This document shows, piece by piece, positions 1 through 9,364 of a DNA stretch of 64,000 nucleotides (its first letter is position 1; every line of letters begins with the position of its first letter). The translations under genes were made by a program, and so were the position numbers. The notes below the pieces were generated by a model that had not been told where the DNA came from, did not search any database, and worked only from the letters and a program-made list of their open reading frames with translations. This DNA comes from a virus (lineage: Duplodnaviria; Caudoviricetes), in IMG/VR virus record IMGVR_UViG_3300037067_007090, positions 1-64,000 of that record; one strand, given 5' to 3'.

Positions 1-250
1 TCAACTGGATAACAGAATCGTTGTAAAAATCTTTTGACATATTAATGTTTCTATTAGTTGGTATTTACTTATAAATGTTTCGTAGATATGTTTATATTGA
101 TAGGACGCGTTGTTATGAGTATGTTAAACGAAGCGAGAACTGGCGAAATGCCAACCTACTACCCACACCTCAATGTGGAAATCAAAGAGGAACATGTGCC
201 GCGCGATGATTATTATGAAGAGAGAATTTCTTTGAGGAGGGAGAAGTGAG

Positions 251-439
251 ATGACAGAGAGAATTTGTAAAGAATGTTTATCCGGTGATTGGGAAGAAAT
301 TACTAGTAATTTTGTTCATGACCAACCCAAAATAACATTATTTCAATGTAAAAAATGTAAACGCATTGTAGCATTTGAACCCTACAGTGATGTATATGAA
401 CATAAAAACTTCACGGTTCTTGAAACTGTAAGGATTTGA
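251..439 (+). CDS. small Zn-ribbon protein
   Basis: Two CxxC pairs (CKEC, CKKC); translationally coupled to neighbours. Confidence 0.55.
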   Translation: MTERICKECLSGDWEEITSNFVHDQPKITLFQCKKCKRIVAFEPYSDVYEHKNFTVLETVRI

Positions 440-451
440 TGGTGACAACAA

Positions 452-1219
452 ATGACCATAAAACAACTTCCACAATGGATTATTGACATGATTGCGGATG
501 CCGGTGACACCGCACACGAAACGCTCGTTGAACAGATGAAAACAAATCCCGATGCGATTGAAGCGCTGTATGGTGAATGAGATGAAACACATTATAATGG
601 AATCTGTAGAATTCACAAGTTACGGTGGAACCAATCTTAAAGATGCTATCAATGAAGCATTTGATTGGTTTTATGCTTCGGAAAATATTCAAACGAAAAT
701 TGCCACACTTCGGCACCTTAATGGTGTGAAGGTGACATTTGAGAGGGAGGGATGAGATGACCGAACAACAGAGATCTCCCTATCCAAGAGCGTCCACATT
801 TAAATTACTACCCAACAGCGAATGGGAGCCGTTTCAAAAAATTATTGATGCACAAACCCAAAAGAAATCTTTAAAACAAAGATTTCGAGAAATATTATCG
901 TGTTTATTTCGGGAGGGACCATGACCGAAATCGTTGTAGGAATTGAACAACTTCTTTATTTACTAGAGAAGGAAGGCATTCAATATATAAAGACGGATCC
1001 CGGTATAGTAGATCCAAATTACGGCAATATCATAACCCACAGCACATTTATAACATGGAGGCGTTTATAATGCCAATCATGATCACCGGCTACCGCGCGC
1101 GTTGTTGCGGGACGTGCAAGAATAATATAAGTTCGTGCATTGAAGAAGTAGGATGCAAATTCGAAGAAGGTTTTAAAGACGTTTTCGGGATTTGCATGAG
1201 TTACGAACCGGAGCACTAA
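452..1219 (+). CDS. run of five small coupled hypothetical ORFs (452-580, 582-755, about 757-924, 921-1070, 1070-1219)
   Basis: Overlapping or abutting stop/start codons (ATGA, TAATG) and GGAGG/GGTG RBS-like sites; last ORF is Cys-rich (CCGTC). Confidence 0.5.
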
Positions 1220-1220
1220 A

Positions 1221-2243
1221 ATGCAAATAATTGACACGCCTAAAATGAAAACCGCAATTTCCCCTAATTACAACTTCGTATTTAACAAAATCAACGGCAC
1301 ATTCCAACGATGGGGATCAACACTTGATGATGACCCAGAATATGCACCATCCCCTGAAATCGCAGATATTGAAATTTCCACAATCTGCAATCATGGATGT
1401 AAATTCTGTTACAAGTCAAACACTCACGACGGAAAATATATGAATCTCGATACTTTCAAAAAGGTTTTTGATAAACTCCCGAAAACTATCACGCAAATAG
1501 CTTTTGGGATCGGAGACATCGATGGTAATCCCGATCTCTACAAAATCATGCAATACACTCGCGCCAATGGTGTTATTCCAAATATCACAATTAACGGAGC
1601 GCGCATGACACCACACGATTATGATAAATTATCCGAATTATGTGGAGCAGTTGCTGTCTCGCTCTATGATTATAACTCCTGTCGCACTGCAATTTCCGAA
1701 CTTGGTAAGCGGGGCCTTCACCAAGTCAATATTCACTGCCTCCTTTCAGAAGAAACATTTGATAAGTGCATGGATATAGCACAGAAGGCTCACAATGACC
1801 CAACACTCAAAAAATATCTTAATGCAGTAGTATTTCTGTGGTTGAAGCCAAAGGGCAACAGAAATACATTACACTCGGTTTCTGAAGCACATTATAACGA
1901 ACTCATAAACTACCTGAAAACAAATAATGTAAGGCTTGGGTTTGACTCATGTTCAGCCCCAAAGGTAATGAATGTGATGTCAGAATGCGCAGAATATATT
2001 GAACCGTGTGAATCGACATTATTTAGCATGTACATTAACGTTGATGGTAAAGCATTCCCATGTTCATTTAGTGAAAACGAATGCGGATACACCGGAATCG
2101 ATATGCTTAATATCAATGACTTTACTACTGATGTGTGGAATAACGAACAGTATAACCGTTTTAGAAAATCGGTTATTGGAAACAAAGATAAAAATGGATG
2201 CAGGAATTGCCCGCTATTCGATCTCAAATTTGGAGGCTGTTAA
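1221..2243 (+). CDS. radical SAM enzyme with C-terminal SPASM/twitch-type Cys cluster
   Basis: CNHGCKFC (CxxxCxxC); downstream CES...YINVDGKAFPCSF...CRNCP auxiliary-cluster pattern. Confidence 0.9.
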   Translation: MQIIDTPKMKTAISPNYNFVFNKINGTFQRWGSTLDDDPEYAPSPEIADIEISTICNHGCKFCYKSNTHDGKYMNLDTFKKVFDKLPKTITQIAFGIGDIDGNPDLYKIMQYTRANGVIPNITINGARMTPHDYDKLSELCGAVAVSLYDYNSCRTAISELGKRGLHQVNIHCLLSEETFDKCMDIAQKAHNDPTLKKYLNAVVFLWLKPKGNRNTLHSVSEAHYNELINYLKTNNVRLGFDSCSAPKVMNVMSECAEYIEPCESTLFSMYINVDGKAFPCSFSENECGYTGIDMLNINDFTTDVWNNEQYNRFRKSVIGNKDKNGCRNCPLFDLKFGGC

Positions 2244-2245
2244 GT

Positions 2246-2833
2246 ATGAAAACCAGAACCGGCTTTGTATCAAACTCAAGTAGTAGTTCATTCATCGTAG
2301 GAATTGACAAAGACTGTAAAACATTTGAAGATTGGTGTGAAAATGGCCTATTTAACTGGAAAACAGAATTGATAGAAGGAGATGGTACATCAATTAACCT
2401 TGATAATATTGAAGATAAATATTCCGAATGTTTAAAAACATACCGCGAATGTCTCAAACGTATTTGGGATGATGCACATTTAAAGAAACCATGTGAATTG
2501 AACAAAGTAGAAAAATATCTGACATCTCATACCAAAGATGGGACGCAACCCGATACTTCAATGTTCACATATACCTTCGTTGATACATTCTGTGAACCAC
2601 ACAATCATGGAAATAACTTCGGAGATGCCGAACGCGAAAAAATTATAAAGAAAATGGAGACCGCTGGTAGAACATGGAACACTTTAATAGTACAATCACT
2701 TGTTCGTGAAATGGCAGATCAATATGATCTTTATATGATTTCATATTCCGATAACGACGGAGAATTTATGAACCAAATGGAACACGGGGATCATTGGAAG
2801 ATGATTCCATGTATTATAATTTCAAATCATTGA
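2246..2833 (+). CDS. NSSS-tag protein 1 (MKTRTGFVSNSSSSSF...), unknown function
   Basis: ATG at 2246 with GGAGG at 2232-2236; shared N-terminal motif; ends EHGDHW...ISNH. Confidence 0.85.
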   Translation: MKTRTGFVSNSSSSSFIVGIDKDCKTFEDWCENGLFNWKTELIEGDGTSINLDNIEDKYSECLKTYRECLKRIWDDAHLKKPCELNKVEKYLTSHTKDGTQPDTSMFTYTFVDTFCEPHNHGNNFGDAEREKIIKKMETAGRTWNTLIVQSLVREMADQYDLYMISYSDNDGEFMNQMEHGDHWKMIPCIIISNH

Positions 2834-2843
2834 GGTGGTTAAA

Positions 2844-3089
2844 ATGAAAACAAGAAACGGATTTGTAAGTAATTCAAGTAGTAGTTCATTCATTATATGC
2901 AAAAATCTTTTGACTGAATGGCAAATTGAAGCTATAAAAAATCACACACCTTCAGACGAATACAGCAGATGGTATATAAGTGAAGATGATATCTATATAT
3001 ACGGATCTACCAGTATGGATAATTTCAACATGTATGATTTTTTATGTAAAATTGGGGTTAATCAAAATATTATAAAATGGGGGGATTAA
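2844..3089 (+). CDS. NSSS-tag protein 2 (MKTRNGFVSNSSSSSF...)
   Basis: ATG at 2844 after GAGGTGG RBS; shared motif. Confidence 0.85.
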   Translation: MKTRNGFVSNSSSSSFIICKNLLTEWQIEAIKNHTPSDEYSRWYISEDDIYIYGSTSMDNFNMYDFLCKIGVNQNIIKWGD

Positions 3090-3323
3090 ATGAAAACACG
3101 ACTTGGATTTGTAAGTAACAGTTCGTCAACATCATTTTATTGCCCAATATGTAACAGAGAATTTTCGGGGTGGGATTGGGATGAAGACCCCGTTTGCCCA
3201 AATTGCGGAATTCACATTCGTAAAATAACACAATCTTTGAATGAATACATTTGTGAAAAATATAATCTTAATTTAGAAGAAGAGATTAACAACTATAAGG
3301 AGAAATGCAAATATGAAAATTAG
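3090..3323 (+). CDS. NSSS-tag protein 3 (MKTRLGFVSNSSSTSF...) with Zn ribbon
   Basis: Shared motif followed by CPIC...CPNC. Confidence 0.85.
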   Translation: MKTRLGFVSNSSSTSFYCPICNREFSGWDWDEDPVCPNCGIHIRKITQSLNEYICEKYNLNLEEEINNYKEKCKYEN

Positions 3324-3651
3324 AATGGGTTTCGTAAGTAACAGTTCATCATCGTCGTTCCTTATTGTGGGAATGATTATTGATGAAATTCCAAAAGAAT
3401 ATGAAGACGATTATGATTGGCTCGAAAGTATGCAGAAAAAACACACTGAACTTACCGATTTCGAAATGCACTATCCCTATGAAGGTGATAGTGGGTGCTA
3501 TATTGGTGTAAGTTACGACAAAATGGGGATGGATGAAACGAAACGCGCATTCTTATCTAGAGTACAAAATGGTTGTAACATCATTTGTAATAATTTTAAA
3601 ATTGATCCTATCATGGTTGAAACGCTTGAAGCTGCATGGAGGGATGACTAA
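3313..3651 (+). CDS. NSSS-tag protein 4 (MKIRMGFVSNSSSSSF...)
   Basis: Shared motif; overlaps the previous ORF. Confidence 0.85.
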   Translation: MKIRMGFVSNSSSSSFLIVGMIIDEIPKEYEDDYDWLESMQKKHTELTDFEMHYPYEGDSGCYIGVSYDKMGMDETKRAFLSRVQNGCNIICNNFKIDPIMVETLEAAWRDD

Positions 3652-3887
3652 TGAAAATCAGATTGGGATTTGTTTCTAATTCAAGTTCTTCATCTTTTTG
3701 TGTAGATAAAGACAAAATACCCGATGAAGAATTTTTCAGAACAATGATTGAACAACACAACAATAGTGAAGATGAAGGACATATTGTTGAAGGAATATAT
3801 CATTGGTTTGGAAGGATAGATCAAAGTGATAAAGCAATTAGGAAATATTTAAATTCACATAAAATATTTTATGAGGATGTATCATAA
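3651..3887 (+). CDS. NSSS-tag protein 5 (MKIRLGFVSNSSSSSF...)
   Basis: Shared motif; TAATG coupling on both sides. Confidence 0.85.
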   Translation: MKIRLGFVSNSSSSSFCVDKDKIPDEEFFRTMIEQHNNSEDEGHIVEGIYHWFGRIDQSDKAIRKYLNSHKIFYEDVS

Positions 3888-4637
3888 TGCCCACCTACTT
3901 CACCCTACCCGAAGCTAAAACAAAAATCAATCACCACGTCAAAGCACTAGCCCCATTCGATAATATTAATATCGGTGACTATGGCATCATTACTTCATAC
4001 TACAAAATAGGTGGTCTCTATGGATTGAATGTCAAATGGGATCACATTAATATCGTGGATGGGTTTTCAAAGAGTTATTATGAGAGGTTTTTGGAGGAGG
4101 TTTGAAATACCACGCCTTTTCAAGAAAGAAATAACGAGATGTGCGCATTGCCCCAATTGCGCTAGTTATGCGGCAGATCGGTTTTATTGTAAAATGCACA
4201 CGAAAAAATATGCTAATATACGTAATAACGAAGATTATCATCTTATACCCGATATTCGTGGTGAGATACCGGGATGGTGTGAGTTGGAAAAATTAAGAAA
4301 ATGAAAGAGTAATTTATTTATACTTCCACAACCAATACATTTTATGCAAATCTTAACACCCGATGTATCGCCGGAAGATTTCGACCGGTTCAAAGGACTG
4401 CTTTTTGAACACCTGCATGTGCGCGACGCGCGGCTTAATAACGAACCTACGTTTATCAATGATTGTGATTCCACACTTCGGCTCACGCGGAATATCCTCA
4501 AAGCACACTTTCCAGAATACGACACGGCGGGAACGATTTCATATTTCGAGAAGATGATGTGGGGTTGTGATTGTCAGGTTTTTTATGAGTCGCCGGATAT
4601 TTGTGATGAATGTAGGGAGAGGATGGAGAAGGATTGA
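3887..4637 (+). CDS. three small hypothetical ORFs (3887-4105, about 4102-4304, about 4301-4637)
   Basis: Coupled stops/starts; starts of the last two appear shifted by single homopolymer indels. Confidence 0.45.
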
Positions 4638-4728
4638 TTTATTTCCTCTTTCTACACGTTTGATTACAATACCTTTTAATTGACTACCAATACTTTTATA
4701 TACTATTAGAGCATAATGTATTATATCG

Positions 4729-5934
4729 ATGCCTTCTTGGAAACACCCTCTTGGAATTAATGTTCTTGAAGCAGCGCAACAAAGAATTTCTTGGACATTT
4801 GATACCTTTCCAAAGATTTGTGTAAGTTTTTCCGGGGGGAAAGATTCTACTGTAATGTTACATCTTGTAGCAACAGAAGCAAAAAAACGTAATCGTAAGT
4901 TCGCCGTTCTTTTTGTAGATTGGGAGGCGCAATATAAATACACAATAGATCACGTATCAGAAATGTTCACTCTTTACGAAGATCTCATAATCCCTTTCTG
5001 GATCTCACTCCCTTTAAAAACCGTTAATGCTGTTTCCCAATTTGAACCGGAGTGGATTTCGTGGGAGCCAGATAAGGAAAGTTTGTGGGTGAGACAACCA
5101 CCATCTATTGCTATAACTGACCCTGCGATGCTACCATTCTATTCTTACGCCATGACATTCGAAGAGTTTGTTCCATCATTCCTTCAATGGTATTCTAATG
5201 GGACTCCGACTGCTTCATTCGTAGGTATTCGTACGCGCGAATCATTAAACAGATGGAGAACAATAGGAGCAGGAAAGAAACATTCTTACGATAATAAATG
5301 CTATACCACAGTCGATAAAAGTGTTTGTAACATATTCCCAATCTACGATTGGACTGTAGATGATATATGGACATTCCACGGCAGAACAAATCTTCCGTAT
5401 AATAAACTCTATGATCAAATGGCGCGTGCTGGTGTGCCTCTCCATAAGATGCGAATATGCGAACCATATGGCCCGGAACAGCGACAAGGATTGTGGTTAT
5501 TTCATGCAATTGAACCAGATACTTGGGGGAAAGTTGTCGCGCGCGTGAATGGAGCAAATATGGGATCCATTTATGCAAATGAAAAAGGTAATGTATTAGG
5601 AATCAATCAAATTGTTTTACCGACGGAGCATACTTGGAAATCATTCGCTACACACCTTCTTGATTCAATGCCCACAAAAACATCGGAACATTATAAAAAC
5701 AAAATCGCTGTTTACTTGAAGTGGTATCAAGATAAAGGTATTACAATACCTGATACACAACCCAAAGATTGTGGAAGTTCTGATAATCATCCATCGTGGA
5801 AACGAATATGTAAGACCATTCTCCGGAATGATTTTTGGTGCAGAACACTTTCTTTCGCACCAACAAAAACATCAGCATATGAAAAATATTTAAAATTAAT
5901 GAAAATAAGGAGAGAAAAATGGGATCTGATTTAA
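4729..5934 (+). CDS. ibrA: PAPS-reductase-like PP-loop protein (IbrA/YbdN, DUF3440-type)
   Basis: SFSGGKDS PP-loop, VGIRTRESLNRW, PIYDW, MRICEPYG, C-terminal WKRICKTILRNDFWC. Confidence 0.85.
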   Translation: MPSWKHPLGINVLEAAQQRISWTFDTFPKICVSFSGGKDSTVMLHLVATEAKKRNRKFAVLFVDWEAQYKYTIDHVSEMFTLYEDLIIPFWISLPLKTVNAVSQFEPEWISWEPDKESLWVRQPPSIAITDPAMLPFYSYAMTFEEFVPSFLQWYSNGTPTASFVGIRTRESLNRWRTIGAGKKHSYDNKCYTTVDKSVCNIFPIYDWTVDDIWTFHGRTNLPYNKLYDQMARAGVPLHKMRICEPYGPEQRQGLWLFHAIEPDTWGKVVARVNGANMGSIYANEKGNVLGINQIVLPTEHTWKSFATHLLDSMPTKTSEHYKNKIAVYLKWYQDKGITIPDTQPKDCGSSDNHPSWKRICKTILRNDFWCRTLSFAPTKTSAYEKYLKLMKIRREKWDLI

Positions 5935-6560
5935 TCGAAAAAACAAAAGAAATATCAAAAGAACTATCTGAATATTCAGAGTCGGAACAATTGTTTTTAC
6001 TCAATCAAATACGAACAATTCTTCACGAAACAAGTCCAATGAAAAATGAACCGGTTGATCTTGTGTTATGGGTCAAATCTGAAACAGTGGGAAAAAACGA
6101 TTATAACCCAAATACCGTTGCACCCCCGGAGATGAAATTACTTGAAACTTCAATCATAGAAGATGGATATACGCAACCGGTAGTTTCTTGGAAAACGAAC
6201 AATATTTTTGAAGTTGTTGATGGATTCCACAGAACAAGAGTAGGAAAGGAAAGCAAAGATGTCATTACACGTACACATGGATATTTACCCATTGTTAAAG
6301 TCAATCAAGAACGAACTGATCGTAATGATCGTATGGCTTCCACAATCAGGCACAACCGCGCGCGGGGGAAGCATATCGTATCGGGTATGAGCGAAATCGT
6401 ACAAGAACTAGCACATCGCAGATGGAGTAACGAGAAGATTGGTCATGAACTGGGGATGGAACCCGATGAAGTGTTACGGTTAAAACAAGTAATGGGTCTT
6501 GCAGATTTATATAAAGAACGGGAATTTTCAGAAGCGTGGGAAGCGAAAGAACAAATTTAA
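5919..6560 (+). CDS. ibrB: ParB/Srx-like protein (IbrB/YbdM)
   Basis: NDYNPNTVAPPEMKLL...VVDGFHR...STIRHNRARGKH; directly follows the IbrA-like gene. Confidence 0.85.
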   Translation: MGSDLIEKTKEISKELSEYSESEQLFLLNQIRTILHETSPMKNEPVDLVLWVKSETVGKNDYNPNTVAPPEMKLLETSIIEDGYTQPVVSWKTNNIFEVVDGFHRTRVGKESKDVITRTHGYLPIVKVNQERTDRNDRMASTIRHNRARGKHIVSGMSEIVQELAHRRWSNEKIGHELGMEPDEVLRLKQVMGLADLYKEREFSEAWEAKEQI

Positions 6561-6574
6561 AAAGGAGTATTAAA

Positions 6575-7303
6575 ATGCCACTACAAAAAGGTACGGAAAG
6601 ATACAGATTGTGGAAAGAACACATTGATGAGGCTGCTGATAAAAGGAAAAATATTCCATTATCCCCAGAACATTGTGAAAAAATAAGCGAGTCTAATAAA
6701 GGACGTATAAAATCTAAAGAAGAATGCGAACATATTAGCAAGGGGCTTAAAAACAAACCCAAGACACCGGAACATCGTAAGCATTTAAGTGAGGCCAATA
6801 TGGGAAAAACGTCTCCAAGGAAAGGTGTAAAATTATCTGATGCAACAAAAGAAAAGATTCGAGTGTCGAAACTTGGAATGAAATCATCTTTAGAAACATG
6901 CGAAAAAATAAGTGAATCTTTAATAGGAAATACCAGAACACTTGGTTATGTCCATTCTGATGAAACCAAAATTAAGATGAGAAAATCAGCACATCGTGGA
7001 CCCGACCATCCCAATTATAGAGGGGGGATAACCGCACTTGATAAAGCAATACGAAGACTTCCTGAATATGATACTTGGAAATATGGTGTATTTGAACGAG
7101 ATGATTACACCTGTAGAGAATGTGGGAAACGCGGGGGAGATATGGAAAGTCACCACGATAGAAAAACATTTGCTCAAATTATAAAAGATAATAATATTAG
7201 AACTATCGAAGACGCATTAAATTGTAAAGAACTATGGGACATTGATAACGGAGTTACATTGTGTGTTGATTGCCACGACAAAAGACACACGAAGAAAGAA
7301 TAG
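6575..7303 (+). CDS. NUMOD3-repeat HNH homing endonuclease
   Basis: Repeated K(I/L)SESxKG units; C-terminal RDDYTCREC...SHH...NGVTLCVDCH; AGGAG RBS before ATG 6575. Confidence 0.85.
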   Translation: MPLQKGTERYRLWKEHIDEAADKRKNIPLSPEHCEKISESNKGRIKSKEECEHISKGLKNKPKTPEHRKHLSEANMGKTSPRKGVKLSDATKEKIRVSKLGMKSSLETCEKISESLIGNTRTLGYVHSDETKIKMRKSAHRGPDHPNYRGGITALDKAIRRLPEYDTWKYGVFERDDYTCRECGKRGGDMESHHDRKTFAQIIKDNNIRTIEDALNCKELWDIDNGVTLCVDCHDKRHTKKE

Positions 7304-7305
7304 AT

Positions 7306-8001
7306 ATGCCACCACCGAAAGATCCGGAAAAATATGCTGCATGGATAGAAAAACAAAGATTATCCCATATAGGGAAACATGCATCACAATCCACCACTGA
7401 TAAAATGATCGCGTCACATAAAGGTCTAATTCCTTGGAATAAAGGTGTGCCTTCAACAGAAGTATCCAAGCATAACCAAAGTATCGCATTAAAAAACAAA
7501 CCGAAACCCCCACGAACAAAAGAACATTGTGAAAATATAAGCAAATCAAAAATGGGAAAAAACAATCCGATGTTTGGAGAACATCATACATTTGACGCAC
7601 ATATAAAAATGCACAACGCGCAATTGGGGAATACTAAAAAACTTGGATATCATTTCCCGTTAGAAACTAGAATAGGAATGAGTGAAGAAAATAGAGGAGA
7701 AAATGCATCCCGATGGGAAGGTGGGATAACTCCATTGAATAAAATGATCCGTGAGTCGTGGGAATATAGAGAATGGGTAATTGCCGTTTTCATTAGAGAT
7801 AATTATACTTGCCAAAAATGCAAAACGCGCGGTGGGTATTTAGAAGCACACCACATAAAACTATTTTCTTTGATTTTAAAAGAATATAATATATTAACAC
7901 TGGAAGATGCAAAGAATTGTAAAGAATTGTGGGACATAGATAATGGTATAACATATTGTGTAGATTGTCACAAAGACATACATTTCAAAAATAATAAATA
8001 A
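7306..8001 (+). CDS. NUMOD3-repeat HNH homing endonuclease
   Basis: PWNKG/NPMFG NUMOD units; RDNYTCQKC...EAHHIK...NGITYCVDCH. Confidence 0.85.
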   Translation: MPPPKDPEKYAAWIEKQRLSHIGKHASQSTTDKMIASHKGLIPWNKGVPSTEVSKHNQSIALKNKPKPPRTKEHCENISKSKMGKNNPMFGEHHTFDAHIKMHNAQLGNTKKLGYHFPLETRIGMSEENRGENASRWEGGITPLNKMIRESWEYREWVIAVFIRDNYTCQKCKTRGGYLEAHHIKLFSLILKEYNILTLEDAKNCKELWDIDNGITYCVDCHKDIHFKNNK

Positions 8002-8002
8002 C

Positions 8003-8866
8003 ATGCCTCCTCCGAAAGATCCAAAAAAATACGACGAGTGGATAAGAAAAAACAGCGAAGCACATAAAAATAAACATCCGTCTGAAGAAACACGAAATAA
8101 ATTAAAAGGAAGAAACCCGTGGAATAAAGGAATACCATTATCAGAAGAAGCAAAACAAAAATTGAGTGAATCTTGTAAAGGTAGAATCCCTTGGAATAAA
8201 GGTGTCCCTCATAAACAAGAATCTAAAAATAAAATGAGCATAAAGAAAAAAGGTATCCCATTATCAGAAGAACATAAAAAACATTTATCCGAATCTCACA
8301 AAGGATTAAAGCCAAACGTGACTCCGGAATCTATAGAAAAAAATCGTATTGCTCATCTTGGTAAAAAGGCATCGGAAGAAACAAAAGAAAAGATGAGTAT
8401 ATCACATAAAGGAAAATCTTCGTGGAATAAAGGAATTAAAACTCCGATAGAAATTAGAAATAAAATGAGCAAATCGATGAAAGGAATAAAAAAGTCTGAT
8501 GGATTTAGAAAAAATATGAGTGGTGAAAACAATCTTAACTGGAAAGGTGGTATTACAGAATTGGATAAAGCAATCCGTGCATTACCGGAAATGTTCGAGT
8601 GGAGAAGAAAAGTTTTTGAACGCGACCATTATAGAGATTGTTTTACAGGAAGTCTTGGAAATCACAATATCGAAGCGCATCATATTGTCGCGGTATCTTT
8701 AATTATGGAAAGATTTAATATAACTTCGATAGAAGATGCTTTAAATTGTGAAGATATGTGGAATATAGATAACGGAGTAACAATGTTTAAAAATTCACAT
8801 ATTGAGCATCACAAAAAATACAAATTACAAATATTACCAAAAGAATATTATTTTAAAAACCAATAA
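8003..8866 (+). CDS. NUMOD3-repeat HNH endonuclease, Zn-ligand-less variant
   Basis: Multiple PWNKGxP.SEE repeats; RDHYRDCFTG...EAHH...NGVTMFKNSH. Confidence 0.8.
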   Translation: MPPPKDPKKYDEWIRKNSEAHKNKHPSEETRNKLKGRNPWNKGIPLSEEAKQKLSESCKGRIPWNKGVPHKQESKNKMSIKKKGIPLSEEHKKHLSESHKGLKPNVTPESIEKNRIAHLGKKASEETKEKMSISHKGKSSWNKGIKTPIEIRNKMSKSMKGIKKSDGFRKNMSGENNLNWKGGITELDKAIRALPEMFEWRRKVFERDHYRDCFTGSLGNHNIEAHHIVAVSLIMERFNITSIEDALNCEDMWNIDNGVTMFKNSHIEHHKKYKLQILPKEYYFKNQ

Positions 8867-8884
8867 AAGAAATTTGTTTTTAAA

Positions 8885-8908
8885 TGGTGTAGGAAAATTC
8901 CTACACCA
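8885..8908. terminator. bidirectional hairpin between convergent genes
   Basis: TGGTGTAGG-AAAATT-CCTACACCA perfect inverted repeat flanked by T and A runs. Confidence 0.6.
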
Positions 8909-8922
8909 AAACCCTTAAAGGC

Positions 8923-9261
8923 TCACTGACGCTCTCCACCTACGAAGATCCGGATAACCGGGATGAATTCGAGGAGAAGGACAATTGCACCCAAAAGGAA
9001 CAGAGCGATACCCAAGAAAGTAAATGCCAGAGACACATTGCTCTGTGCGTTGCTCATGGTCGTATTCATGATACCCGTGAGGATCGGAAGGCTGTTGAAC
9101 AAAGTTCCTACCATGAATATACCGATGACGATGAAGATTGCCCCACCGACGACCATCCCGATACCGGCGAGAGTTGCCTCACCGATTGCCTCGGAGTCGT
9201 GAACGAGCTCCATACCCTTGTGATATGCGTCCTTGAGGTAAGTCGTAACTTTCTCAAACAT
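8923..9261 (-). CDS. putative major capsid protein of spindle-shaped virus type (two hydrophobic helices); alternative: pilin-like protein
   Basis: Polar leader then GEAT, long hydrophobic helix, loop with sequons N-T-T and N-V-S, second hydrophobic helix; C/G-ending codons unlike the rest of the window; own TATA and GAGGTG RBS. Confidence 0.6.
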   Translation of the reverse strand: MFEKVTTYLKDAYHKGMELVHDSEAIGEATLAGIGMVVGGAIFIVIGIFMVGTLFNSLPILTGIMNTTMSNAQSNVSLAFTFLGIALFLLGAIVLLLEFIPVIRIFVGGERQ

Positions 9262-9364
9262 GTAAAATGCACCTCTCTCGCTTCTTAAGTCTAATGCAAA
9301 GGTATATATATTAGTTGGTGTTTACTATATACATATGTTTCCAAACGGAACATATGTGTAAATC

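Noticed and set aside
2246-3698. GFVSN|S tag as an ultra-short split-intein C-fragment (resembles intein block G, e.g. NGFIASN|C), implying combinatorial trans-splicing
   Set aside because: The motif is one residue short of block G register, lacks the penultimate His, and no N-intein partner is visible in the window. Kept only as a remote alternative.
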